A stretch of DNA of 64,000 bases from NCBI GenBank assembly GCA_035458505.1, contig DATHZS010000024.1, positions 23,296 through 87,295 of the forward strand, read 5' to 3'. The translations under genes and the position numbers were made by a program. The first letter of the stretch is position 1. Each line of letters starts with the position of its first letter. Below the pieces are notes generated by a model that saw nothing but the letters and a program-made list of their open reading frames with translations, did no database searches and was not told the DNA's origin. The DNA comes from Anaerolineales bacterium (GTDB lineage: Bacteria; Chloroflexota; Anaerolineae; Anaerolineales; UBA11579). Positions 51,625-60,860 of this stretch are shown one piece after another.

Positions 51625-54354
51625 CTAGGCCAGATTCTCCTCAACCCAAGCGGGTACTTTTTCAAGTGCTTCCTCTAACTTCGATGCGTCTCGCCCCCCA
51701 GCCTGTGCCAAGTTGGGACGTCCTCCACCGGAGCCTCCCACAACCTCAGATACGACCTGGATTAAATCTCCTGCTTTCAGACCTTTATCCACCAGGTCAT
51801 CTGTAATCGCGGCGATCAGGGCTGGTTTTTCATCTATCACAGCAGCCAGAACAGCAACTCCGGTGGTAAATTTCTGGCGGAAGCGATCGGTCATCTCTCT
51901 GAGGGTGTTGCGGTCTGCCTCGGGCAAGATTCCAGTCAGCACCCGGACGCCCTTGATGTCCCGGGCGTTCTCCATCTGGTCCATGAAGGACTCTCCAGCC
52001 ATTTCCCTACGGAGCGAAGCGATTTCTTTTTGTGCATTGGCCAAACTTGTCAGCATACTCTCTGCTTTTTCGACCATCTGGTCAGGAGGTGTTTTGAATA
52101 AGTCGGCGAGTTGATCGATTTCCTTGAAACGCTGCTGAACGATCTGATATGCCCTGGAACCAGTCACCGCTTCTATCCGGCGGATACCAGAGGCGACGCT
52201 TCCCTCGCTGGTGATCAAAAAGGTGCCGATTTCCCCGGTGGACCCGACATGGGTTCCACCACATAATTCGTAGGAGAAGGGCTGCTCTCCTCCAATCTGG
52301 ATTGTGCGCACAATATCCCCGTATTTCTCTCCAAAGAGGGCCCTTGCACCTTCGGATTTTGCCTGATCCAGGGGTTTGTGTTCAATTTTCAGAGCAAAGT
52401 TATTGAGGATATGTCGATTAACCCCGGCTTCGATCTCTGCCAGCTGTTCTTTTGTCAGGGCTTCTGGATGAGTGAAATCGAACCGCAGGCGGTCCGGGGC
52501 AACAAGCGACCCAGCTTGCTGCGCATGGCTGCCAAGTACGCGTTCCAGTTCGGCATGCAGTAAATGAGTGGCGGTGTGGTTGCGCATAATATCCTGCCGT
52601 CGCTGGAGATCAACCAGCGCGGTGGCAGCATCGCCGACCTTTGGATTGCCGCGCACCACGGACCCGCGGTGTGCGACCATCCCGGCTGAAGGTCGTCGGG
52701 TATCCGTAACAGACACTTCCCAATTGTTTTGATGGGAAACGATAGAACCCGTGTCGGACACCTGGCCGCCAGCGGCGACATAAAAGCCCGTTTCTGGGAG
52801 GATGATCTCAACTTGATCACCGGGAGCGACTGAGTCGACTCCTTCACCATTTTTCATGATGGAGAGTACGGTTCCATCCACCTGGAGCATAGAATAAGGA
52901 TCGTACTTGACTCCGGACGTCGGCAGCTTGTCGTGCGATTGCAATTCGGTAAAGATATTCTGAAAGACTTCCGCATCCTCTCCGCCAAGTTCTCCCATTG
53001 CTTTACCTCCGCCGGAGGCAAGGCGGTGTGCTTCCATCGCATCCTGGAAGCCCTGTTCGTCCACCTTGAGATCGTTCTCCAACGCGATATCCCGGGAGAT
53101 TTCAAGCGGAAGCCCATGGGTTGCGTAGAGCTCAAAGGTGAGTTTGCCGGGAATTGTGGAGAGCCCTTTTGTTTTGGTATCCCGGATGATCGTTTCTAAT
53201 TGAGCAATCCCGCCCTCAACGGTTTTTTGGAACCGCTCTTCTTCCCGGGTCAGTTGTGAAAGGATAATCTCTCGATTTTTCTTCAACTCCGGATAAGCGT
53301 CACCATATCGATCGATCACCACCTCGGCGATATGAGACATGAAAGGATCATTCAGGTTAATCTTGGTGGCAAATCTCGCAGCCCGGCGAATGATCATGCG
53401 GGTGACATAATTGCGGCCAATGTTTCCCGGGATGACTCCATCTGCGATCAGGAAAGTGGCCGCACGGGCATGGTCGGCAACCACACGATAAGGGGTGAAA
53501 TTGTCTTCGCGTTCTTCGTCTGTCTGCCCCGAGAGCTGCTGAATCTTTTGGATCACCGGCCAGAATAGATCCGTCCGGTAATTCGAATTTTTTCCCTGAA
53601 GAACGGTGACAATGCGGTCGAAGCCCATGCCGGTATCCACATGCATGGCGGGAAGCAATTCCAGGCTGTTAGGGCCGGTGCGATTGTATTGCATGAAAAC
53701 CAGATTCCATAATTCCAGGAAACGCGGGCCATCCAGGTCTGGCCGACCATCTTGAAGGTAGGTGATCTCACCGTGATCCGGACCTAAATCAATATGGATT
53801 TCTGAATTTGGTCCGCATGGTCCTGTATTGGCCATTTCCCAAAAATTGTCTTTACGTCCAAAATAGAGAATGTGATCCGGATTCAAACCAGGTTGTTCTT
53901 TCCAATATGCCGCTGCCTCGTCATCTGTGGGAATTTCGCCTAATTCATCTTTGAAAACGGTGACATATAAGTTCTCTTTGGGTAAATTCCAGACCCCGGT
54001 CAGCAGTTCCCAGGCCCATTCGATCGCTTCTTTCTTGTAGTAATCTCCAAACGACCAGTTCCCCAACATCTCGAAGAAGGTATGGTGGGTGTCATCCAAA
54101 CCTACGTCTTCAAGGTCATTGTGCTTTCCAGCCACACGCATACATTTCTGAGAATTTACTGCCCGGTTGTAATCCCTTTTATCGGTCCCCAGAAATACAT
54201 CCTTGAACTGGACCATCCCCGAGTTGGCAAACAGCAGGGTGGCATCCCCGGCGGGAACCAGGGAAGATGAAGGGACATAGGCATGTCCTTTTTTTTCAAC
54301 GAAGAAATCGATAAATTGTTGTCTGATTTCGTTTCCGGATAAATTAACAGTCAT
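51625..54354 (-). CDS. alaS: Alanine--tRNA ligase
   Basis: 909 aa. Class II core (HHTFFEMLGNWSFGDYYK), editing-domain HxxxH (HTATHLLH) and CGGTH, and a C-terminal DHHA1-like domain. Confidence 0.97.
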   Translation of the reverse strand: MTVNLSGNEIRQQFIDFFVEKKGHAYVPSSSLVPAGDATLLFANSGMVQFKDVFLGTDKRDYNRAVNSQKCMRVAGKHNDLEDVGLDDTHHTFFEMLGNWSFGDYYKKEAIEWAWELLTGVWNLPKENLYVTVFKDELGEIPTDDEAAAYWKEQPGLNPDHILYFGRKDNFWEMANTGPCGPNSEIHIDLGPDHGEITYLQDGRPDLDGPRFLELWNLVFMQYNRTGPNSLELLPAMHVDTGMGFDRIVTVLQGKNSNYRTDLFWPVIQKIQQLSGQTDEEREDNFTPYRVVADHARAATFLIADGVIPGNIGRNYVTRMIIRRAARFATKINLNDPFMSHIAEVVIDRYGDAYPELKKNREIILSQLTREEERFQKTVEGGIAQLETIIRDTKTKGLSTIPGKLTFELYATHGLPLEISRDIALENDLKVDEQGFQDAMEAHRLASGGGKAMGELGGEDAEVFQNIFTELQSHDKLPTSGVKYDPYSMLQVDGTVLSIMKNGEGVDSVAPGDQVEIILPETGFYVAAGGQVSDTGSIVSHQNNWEVSVTDTRRPSAGMVAHRGSVVRGNPKVGDAATALVDLQRRQDIMRNHTATHLLHAELERVLGSHAQQAGSLVAPDRLRFDFTHPEALTKEQLAEIEAGVNRHILNNFALKIEHKPLDQAKSEGARALFGEKYGDIVRTIQIGGEQPFSYELCGGTHVGSTGEIGTFLITSEGSVASGIRRIEAVTGSRAYQIVQQRFKEIDQLADLFKTPPDQMVEKAESMLTSLANAQKEIASLRREMAGESFMDQMENARDIKGVRVLTGILPEADRNTLREMTDRFRQKFTTGVAVLAAVIDEKPALIAAITDDLVDKGLKAGDLIQVVSEVVGGSGGGRPNLAQAGGRDASKLEEALEKVPAWVEENLA

Positions 54355-54395
54355 TTGTACTCCATAAAAATTGTGGTATGTATTCCTCTATTTTA

Positions 54396-55610
54396 TCATT
54401 CGAGGGATGAAGAAAGCTTGGAAAAATCGAGACCAGTTGGCTGTTGGTACAACCGCAGATCGAAGGATTGGGCTGCTGCGATCAGGTGATCAAAAATTTC
54501 TGCCTGGATCATTTCAAATTTTGCCCATTCAGTTGTCTTGGTGAAAGCATACACTTCGATTGGAAGGCCCTTATCTGAGGGTGAAAGGGACCGTACGAGA
54601 AGGGTTAAATTCTCCTGGTGGATATCCTGGCGGGTTCGAAGGTACTTGTCGATGTAGGTTCGAAAAACTTCAGCGTTGGTCAAGTTAGGGCCATCCAGTG
54701 GTGGGTCATAGTCTATGGGTTGATTGGCCAGGTAGGTTTCAATCGCCGAGTTTTTTTCCTGGATATACTTTTTGATCAGGTCAATCCTGGCGAACTGTTC
54801 GAGCATTTCGGAGTTACAGAATTTGATACTGTTAATGTCCAGGTAAATTGAACGCATGATGCGCCTCCCTCCGCTTTCCTGCATCCCACGCCAGTTTCTG
54901 TAAGCCACATCCAGGATCTTATTTGTGGGGATCACTGTGATGGAATTATCGAAATTTTTTATTTTAATTGTATGCAGGCTGATATTTTCCACATCTCCAT
55001 CCGCGTCATAGCTGGGGATCTCCACCCAATCTCCTTCCTTCAGCAGGTCATTGGCAGCTATTTGGATGCTGGCAACAATGGACAGGATCGTATTTTGAAA
55101 GATCAGCAGCAGCACTGCTGTCGCGGCGCCGATCCCGGTAAGGAGCACGATCGGTGATTCTCCGGTCATTAATGAGATCGAAATGATCAATGTAATGATT
55201 AAGACCAGTAATTTGACCAGGTCAAGGTATCCTTGAATGGCAACTCCATTATAGGATGGACTGCTCTCGTAGATTGTATTGACTGCATTGAGAAGGGAAT
55301 TTAACGTTAATGCAGAGATCCAAAGAATCAGCAGCAATGTGATTTTTTCGATCACTAGCTGGTAAGCGGGAACCAGATCGGCAAAGGCATAAACCAATAC
55401 CAATGGGGCTACCCAAGCCACGCGGAAGGGTTTGAGGTATTCGAGAATGATGTCATCGTATTTTGTTTGTGTACGTTTTGCCAGATAGCCCAGGCCGCGC
55501 CCTATTACCAGACGCCCGATGAAATAAATCAGGATGCTGAGAAGAACAGCGGCGAGTAATGCCAGTTCAGGGCTGGTTTCAATAAAGTTTTGGATTTCTT
55601 CGCTGGTCAT
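54396..55610 (-). CDS. Mechanosensitive ion channel (MscS family)
   Basis: I preferred the ATG at 55610 (GGAGAAAAAG RBS) over the track start at 55646. Several TM helices, then the MscS beta domain (GDWVEI..GDVENISLHTIKIKNFDN..VIPN). Confidence 0.88.
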   Translation of the reverse strand: MTSEEIQNFIETSPELALLAAVLLSILIYFIGRLVIGRGLGYLAKRTQTKYDDIILEYLKPFRVAWVAPLVLVYAFADLVPAYQLVIEKITLLLILWISALTLNSLLNAVNTIYESSPSYNGVAIQGYLDLVKLLVLIITLIISISLMTGESPIVLLTGIGAATAVLLLIFQNTILSIVASIQIAANDLLKEGDWVEIPSYDADGDVENISLHTIKIKNFDNSITVIPTNKILDVAYRNWRGMQESGGRRIMRSIYLDINSIKFCNSEMLEQFARIDLIKKYIQEKNSAIETYLANQPIDYDPPLDGPNLTNAEVFRTYIDKYLRTRQDIHQENLTLLVRSLSPSDKGLPIEVYAFTKTTEWAKFEMIQAEIFDHLIAAAQSFDLRLYQQPTGLDFSKLSSSLE

Positions 55611-55697
55611 CTTTTTCTCCACGAAATCAATAAATTTCAAAAGCACATAATTATATTTAAAGAAGGGTGTCTTACAAAACTCTTTCCAGGTTGCGGC

Positions 55698-56249
55698 TCA
55701 GGCCAGAATGATACTTTCGTGTTTGAGCAGGGCGATTTTGCGCTCACTGCCCATGACACCACCGTAGCCTCCGAGTGTACCATCTGCATTCAGCACGCGA
55801 TGACATGGAATTATAATCGGAATTGGGTTCCTGCGCAGCACCTGGCCGATAGCTCTTGAGGCGTTTGGTTTGTCGATCGCTTCTGCAATCTCACCATAGG
55901 TCGTGGTGGCTCCGAAAGGGATGTTGCGTACGAAGTATAAGATCTGCTGTTGAAATTCTGTCAGCGCTGACAGGTCCAGGCTGAGGTCTCCCGGGATCGG
56001 TTTTTTCTTTTCACAGTATTCTTTCAGGGCAGTCAGGTAAGGAGTTGTTTTCTGTGGGTTGTGGATGATGTTTGGTTGGTGCTGCCGGTCCAAGGATTTA
56101 GCCAGGCTGGTGATAAATCTGACCACATCTTCATCAAAACGAAGGGTGGAAAGGCCGTCATCCGTTGCGGCCAGCCAAATTGGTCCCAAAACCTCAGTTT
56201 CAAATTCCGAATAATATAGCGTTAATCCCTGGTTTTTGTTTTGATCCAT
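55698..56249 (-). CDS. ogt: Methylated-DNA--protein-cysteine methyltransferase
   Basis: I preferred the ATG at 56249 (MDQNKNQGLT..). Active site IPCHRV, with YGEIA and RAIGQVLRRNP. Confidence 0.9.
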   Translation of the reverse strand: MDQNKNQGLTLYYSEFETEVLGPIWLAATDDGLSTLRFDEDVVRFITSLAKSLDRQHQPNIIHNPQKTTPYLTALKEYCEKKKPIPGDLSLDLSALTEFQQQILYFVRNIPFGATTTYGEIAEAIDKPNASRAIGQVLRRNPIPIIIPCHRVLNADGTLGGYGGVMGSERKIALLKHESIILA

Positions 56250-56350
56250 TTTCAAATCCTTTCCCGGGTTGTCATAATCACTGCCGGGGTCGAACCAGCT
56301 TGGAATCAATCGATTTTATTTTTTTTTCTATGAACAGTGTACTCTCTATC

Positions 56351-56379
56351 ATTATAGCTGAGGTTTGCTCCACTGAAAA
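56351..56379 (-). promoter_or_regulatory. Candidate promoter for ogt
   Basis: On the minus strand: TTTTCA (56374-56379), a 17-nt spacer, then TATAAT (56351-56356). Confidence 0.35.
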
Positions 56380-56581
56380 AAAAGAAGGTGAGTGGAACCT
56401 TCACAGCCAGCGGGTCGAGCAGGGGCTCATGGGAAATCTTCCACGATCAAGATTCTGAATTTTAACGGGCATAGGATATAATTTTGGACAGAAAATATCA
56501 TGTAAATCGAGTTGATCCATCGGACTGAAGAACACAATCACTTTCTGGACATGGGATCATCTAAAAAAAGGAGAAGCGGAA

Positions 56582-58132
56582 TTGAGGCGTTACCTGTATT
56601 TCTCAGTCTTTTCGTCTGGCCTTGTCACCCTGACAGTTGAGCTGACTGCATCCAGGCTGCTTGGCAATGTGTTTGGGACGAGCAATCTGGTATGGGCGAG
56701 CATTATCGGGTTGATCCTGATCTATCTCACCGCAGGATACTTTTTAGGGGGGAAACTGGCGGATAAAAATCCAGAACCCAGAATGTTTTTTATGGTCTTG
56801 CTATGGGGTGCTTTCACGGCGGGAGTGGTCCCGGTGGTTTCCCGTCCCGTGCTAAGGGCTGCTGCCCAGGCCTTCGATGAACTCCAGATGGGCGACCTGG
56901 TGGGTTCTTTTGTGGTGGTGATGGTCTTATTCATCGTCCCAATTACCCTGCTCGGTATGGTATCGCCGTTCGCCATCCGGTTGGCGATTACCAAACCGGA
57001 AGAGGCTGGGGCGATTTCAGGAAGAATCTATGCTATTTCAACCCTGGGATCATTCATCGGGACGTTTTTGCCCGTCCTGCTGTTGATCCCATTGCTGGGA
57101 ACCACCAACACATTTGTTTCCGCCAGCGTGTACCTGATGGCAGTTGCGCTTATCGGTCTTGCCAGGAGCACGGGATGGAAAAAAGCAGCGGTCTGGCTGT
57201 GGATGCCAGTGCTGCTGGCTCTTTTCGCTGTGCTTTGGGCAAGAGGAACTTTCAAGAATACTCCCGGCCAGGTTTTTGAGAGTGAATCACCGTACAATTA
57301 TATTGAAGTCGTCCAGAAAAACGGTTTTACCATGCTGCGCCTGAATGATGGGCAGGGTGTCCATTCGATGTACCATCCCGATGAACTGGATTACCTCGGG
57401 CCGTGGAAGCAATTCCTCGCGGGGCCGTTTTACTATCCCGGTCAGCAGGTTTCGGAAGTGGAACGGATTGCCATCATTGGTCTGGCAGCAGGAACCACTG
57501 CCCGGCAGGCAACCGAGGTTTTTGGCAGCATCCCGATTGATGGGTATGAGATCGACCCTGCCATCATAGAGGTTGGGGAGCAGTATTTTGGGATGACGAT
57601 GCCAAATCTGAATGCCTATGCCAAGGATGGCCGTTGGGGCTTGTTTACCAGTGAGGAGAAATATACCCTGATCGGGGTGGACGCATACCGCCCCCCGTAT
57701 ATCCCATGGCACCTGACCACCCAGGAATTCTTCCAAATCACCAAAGAACATTTAACCGGCCATGGAACCCTGGTGATCAATGTCGGCCGTTCACCCACAG
57801 ACCGCAGCCTGATCGATGCTTTGGTGACGACTTTGAGAACTGTTTTCCCAAGCGTGCATGTGATGGATATCCCCAACTCCTTCAATTCGATGGTGTATGC
57901 CACCGTTTTACCGACGACATTCGAAGATCTTGTCAGGAACTATGCGGCAATGCGGGAAGACCCACAGGTGCACCCACTTCTGTTGTCGTCAATAGAAAGA
58001 GTTATTCTTTATACCCAGCCGTTGCCAGAACCGACGGTGGTCTTTACGGATGATCAAGCCCCGGTGGAGTGGGTCGTCAACAAGATGGTCCTGGATTTTA
58101 TATTCTCAGGTGATTTCGAGGTGCTGCAATGA
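56582..58132 (+). CDS. Fused polytopic membrane domain plus spermidine-synthase-like (SpeE-fold) methyltransferase-type domain
   Basis: 516 aa. TTG start with AGGAGAAG RBS. ~7 N-terminal TM helices. The C-terminal half has IGLAAGTTARQ (nucleotide-binding loop), GYEIDP, and IGVDAYRPPYIPWHLTTQEFF. Confidence 0.8.
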   Translation: MRRYLYFSVFSSGLVTLTVELTASRLLGNVFGTSNLVWASIIGLILIYLTAGYFLGGKLADKNPEPRMFFMVLLWGAFTAGVVPVVSRPVLRAAAQAFDELQMGDLVGSFVVVMVLFIVPITLLGMVSPFAIRLAITKPEEAGAISGRIYAISTLGSFIGTFLPVLLLIPLLGTTNTFVSASVYLMAVALIGLARSTGWKKAAVWLWMPVLLALFAVLWARGTFKNTPGQVFESESPYNYIEVVQKNGFTMLRLNDGQGVHSMYHPDELDYLGPWKQFLAGPFYYPGQQVSEVERIAIIGLAAGTTARQATEVFGSIPIDGYEIDPAIIEVGEQYFGMTMPNLNAYAKDGRWGLFTSEEKYTLIGVDAYRPPYIPWHLTTQEFFQITKEHLTGHGTLVINVGRSPTDRSLIDALVTTLRTVFPSVHVMDIPNSFNSMVYATVLPTTFEDLVRNYAAMREDPQVHPLLLSSIERVILYTQPLPEPTVVFTDDQAPVEWVVNKMVLDFIFSGDFEVLQ

Positions 58133-58803
58133 TTAAAAACCCCGCATTAATGAGGACACTTCAGGTATTGGTTTCAGTTTTAGTCCTGTTGATCTTGATC
58201 CTGACCGGTGTCCGGCTGTTGCTGACAGAAACCTTCGTCCGCTTCGAGTATCAACAGAAAAGTTTTCCGCCGGATACTTACGGCATGACCAAAGATGAGC
58301 GCCTGACCTATGCGCCAGTTGCCCTGGAATTTCTGCTGAAAGATGTGCCGCCATCGTTTTTGGGAGACCTTCGTTTTGATGATGGAGCCGTAATGTTCAA
58401 TGAGCGGGAACTCCAGCACATGGTCGACGTGCAGACGCTTACTCAGTTGTTCCTCAAAGTGTGGTATGGCAGTCTGGTGCTGTTCTTGGTTCTCGGGCTG
58501 GTGGCCTGGAGGGGGGATTGGCTGGGTGAGTTTCGGAAAATGGTTTCGACGGCAGGGCTGAGCACGATTATTGTGCTGGGAACATTGGTGCTGCTCCTGC
58601 TGCTGTCCTTCGATGTTGTGTTTGTCGGTTTCCACCGGATCTTCTTCGAGGGTGACAGCTGGCTGTTCCTGTATTCTGATACGCTGATCCGGTTGTTTCC
58701 GGAAAAATTTTGGCAGGACGCGTTTCTCCTTGTCGGTGCTTTCTCCTTCCTGGGCGGAGTCCTCTTGTGGCTTGGGTTGAGGAGAAAACAAAATCAGGAA
58801 TAA
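58129..58803 (+). CDS. TIGR01906/DUF1461-family integral membrane protein (family of lipoprotein intramolecular transacylase Lit)
   Basis: 224 aa. ATGA overlap with the upstream gene. The topology and the motifs NERELQHMVDV and FHRIFFEGDSWLF fit DUF1461, from memory. Confidence 0.65.
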   Translation: MIKNPALMRTLQVLVSVLVLLILILTGVRLLLTETFVRFEYQQKSFPPDTYGMTKDERLTYAPVALEFLLKDVPPSFLGDLRFDDGAVMFNERELQHMVDVQTLTQLFLKVWYGSLVLFLVLGLVAWRGDWLGEFRKMVSTAGLSTIIVLGTLVLLLLLSFDVVFVGFHRIFFEGDSWLFLYSDTLIRLFPEKFWQDAFLLVGAFSFLGGVLLWLGLRRKQNQE

Positions 58804-58882
58804 CCAGCGATTGGTTCAATGAGACCTGCGGACAAACTGGAACCTGTTTTTTTGGCTTGAAAATTTGATCATCCTGTAAAAT

Positions 58883-58920
58883 AAAACCACCAACTGGAGG
58901 CGACAGCTGGTGGTTTTTTT
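58883..58920. terminator. Bidirectional intrinsic terminator
   Basis: Stem aaaaccacca(a)ctg / cag(c)tggtggtttt with a 7-nt loop. T7 on the plus strand and a T-rich flank on the minus strand. It lies between the convergent stops at 58803 (+) and 58981 (-). Confidence 0.7.
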
Positions 58921-58980
58921 ACTGGAGTGACCTCCAGCGCCTGCCAAGGGCAGGCCAAGTAAAAGGATGCACTGATCGGA

Positions 58981-59421
58981 TCAGTCATCCTTTTCTTGCA
59001 TATTTGGATGATCTCTGAGTTGATCCTGGATGATAAGGGTTGGGACCTCTTCGAGTTTGAAATTTTTGAGGGGTCCCGTTCGTTCCATAGATTTAGAGAT
59101 CATGCGTGGGGTATCCTGTACAAATTTGATCTCCAGTCCGGCCAGAGAGATCGTGTCTCCGGAATAAAGAACGCTTTTGCTCACCTTTTTCCCATTGACC
59201 ATTGTCCCCCCGGTGGAGTTTAAATCGAGAAGGATGTAGTGATGGTCCACTTCCCGAATCTGGGCGTGGTTTCTTGATACCCTCGGATCATTCAAGACGA
59301 TATGGTTGTCCATCTTCCGGCCCATATTAGTGAGAGCCCCATTGATCTGGTAGACTTCGCTGTTAACGATCAGATAGGCGTTGGATGAGCTTCCTAAGTT
59401 CGTTGAGTTTTGATCAGCCAT
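58981..59421 (-). CDS. Stand-alone FHA-domain protein
   Basis: I preferred the ATG at 59421 (AGGAA RBS). FHA core GRKMDNHIVLNDPRVSRNHAQI..LLDLNSTGGTMVNG..L..GD.I. Confidence 0.85.
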   Translation of the reverse strand: MADQNSTNLGSSSNAYLIVNSEVYQINGALTNMGRKMDNHIVLNDPRVSRNHAQIREVDHHYILLDLNSTGGTMVNGKKVSKSVLYSGDTISLAGLEIKFVQDTPRMISKSMERTGPLKNFKLEEVPTLIIQDQLRDHPNMQEKDD

Positions 59422-59452
59422 GGCTATGTTCCTGTAGTATTTTGAAGCAATA

Positions 59453-59475
59453 ATGGCACACTTATAGTGTGCCAT
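59453..59475. promoter_or_regulatory. Perfect 9-bp inverted repeat upstream of the FHA gene
   Basis: atggcacac (59453-59461), ttata, gtgtgccat (59467-59475). It lies 32-54 nt upstream of the ATG at 59421 and ~100 nt downstream of the apgM stop. Confidence 0.35.
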
Positions 59476-59577
59476 AACACTCTCCAGGTGACGTATTAAT
59501 AACGTAACAAGATTGTGACGTCTTAACTCGGTTGTGTTTGCCAGGTTTCCCCTGAAATTTGTTGGAATCCGGACTCC

Positions 59578-60786
59578 TCATGCACCATACTTGGCGAGCT
59601 TCCCGGCATGGCCTAATGCCAGTGGCAGAGTTTGGGTCGCATGGAAAGTACCCAGGCCACCGACAGCACAGAAGCGTTCACCAAACCGGTTTTGCGCATC
59701 CGCAAGCCCCGAATGGGGTGACCACAGCAGGAATGGGACCGGATGCCAGGAATGGGATTTTAATCTGGCGGGTGTGGAGTGGTCCCCGGTGATAATCAGG
59801 ACATCCGGGTTGAGGGCCAGCAGCTCCGGCAAAGCCTGGTCGACACTCTCGATCACTTTAACCTTGCCATCAAAATTACCGTCTTCCCCCATGCTGTCGG
59901 TCTTTTTGATATGGATGAAAAAGAAATTGTAATCCCGCCAAACTTGTTTGGCCGCCGCAAATTCATCCTGAGGAGTTTCCCCATCAAACTCGATAATTTC
60001 CATCCCAACGAGATCCGAAACGCCGCGATACATCGGATAAACAGCGATGCAGCACGCAACCAGCCCGAAAGTATCTTTGAATTGGGGTAAGCCAGGGTTG
60101 GTGGCAAATCCGCGCATCGTAAATGAGTTTGCCTTTGGTTCATCTGCCAGGATTTTTTGGGCTTCAGCCGCCCAGTAGCGAAATTTCTCTGCGGTCTTCT
60201 CTGCTTTCGGGTCGTGTGCCTCGATCGGTAATGCTGGAACCCCGGTTGCCTGGGGATCGGTATCACCGATTTCGGGAGACAGCCCTTCGCCTTGCATCAG
60301 GATCGCGAAGCGGTGTTCCTTGACATGCTTGACCAAGACATTCACTCCGGGAACGGCGATCGACTGTAATTTTTCCACAATCGGTTTGGCCTCATCATTC
60401 GAGATGCGGCCTGCCCTGCGGTCGGTGATGTTGCCTTGTGCATCCACGCTGGCAAAATTGCACCTGACAGCGATATCGCCTTTATTTAGGGTCAGGCCAA
60501 TGCCGCAAGCCTCCAGAGCACCACGGCCAACCACATATTCGATTGGATCGTACCCGAACAATGAGAGGTGCGCCGGACCAGAGCCGGGAGTAATTCCCGG
60601 GCGGATTGGGATGGTTTGTCCCAGAGTCCCTTCGGCGGCCAGCCTGTCCATAGTAGGTGTTGTCGCAGCTTCGAGTTCTGTGGGCCCGCCGGGTTTTCCT
60701 GGCAGCCCACCCAATCCATCCAATACCAGCAAAACGATTTTTTTCTCATTTTGCTCAATCAATTCTTGTAGGAAGTCAAATGGCAT
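59578..60786 (-). CDS. apgM: Cofactor-independent phosphoglycerate mutase, archaeal ApgM type (alkaline-phosphatase superfamily)
   Basis: 402 aa. KIVLLVLDGLGG, ..NFASVD..GNITDRRAGR.., and GDHSTP metal-ligand motifs. Confidence 0.85.
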   Translation of the reverse strand: MPFDFLQELIEQNEKKIVLLVLDGLGGLPGKPGGPTELEAATTPTMDRLAAEGTLGQTIPIRPGITPGSGPAHLSLFGYDPIEYVVGRGALEACGIGLTLNKGDIAVRCNFASVDAQGNITDRRAGRISNDEAKPIVEKLQSIAVPGVNVLVKHVKEHRFAILMQGEGLSPEIGDTDPQATGVPALPIEAHDPKAEKTAEKFRYWAAEAQKILADEPKANSFTMRGFATNPGLPQFKDTFGLVACCIAVYPMYRGVSDLVGMEIIEFDGETPQDEFAAAKQVWRDYNFFFIHIKKTDSMGEDGNFDGKVKVIESVDQALPELLALNPDVLIITGDHSTPARLKSHSWHPVPFLLWSPHSGLADAQNRFGERFCAVGGLGTFHATQTLPLALGHAGKLAKYGA

Positions 60787-60803
60787 AAGGTTTCCTTCTT
60801 TCT

Positions 60804-60840
60804 TATAAAAAAATATCCCTGCAACATGTTGCAGGGATAT
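60804..60840 (-). terminator. Intrinsic terminator after the ABC ATPase gene, only ~18 nt upstream of the apgM start
   Basis: Perfect 13-bp stem atatccctgcaac / gttgcagggatat (60813-60840). On the minus strand it is followed by T7. Confidence 0.65.
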
Positions 60841-60860
60841 TATAAATCTCTTTTTCAGTG

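Noticed and set aside
54355-54395. Looked for a T-box leader upstream of alaS
   Set aside because: Only 41 bp separate alaS from the upstream MscS gene stop, which is too short for a T-box. No specifier or antiterminator elements are present.
56284-56299. tRNA T-arm-like sequence (minus strand GCTGGTTCGACCCCGGC) upstream of ogt
   Set aside because: No matching acceptor, D or anticodon arms exist upstream, where the sequence is an A9 run and AT-rich spacer. It is an isolated GTTCGA-type match, not a tRNA or tRNA fragment that I can support.
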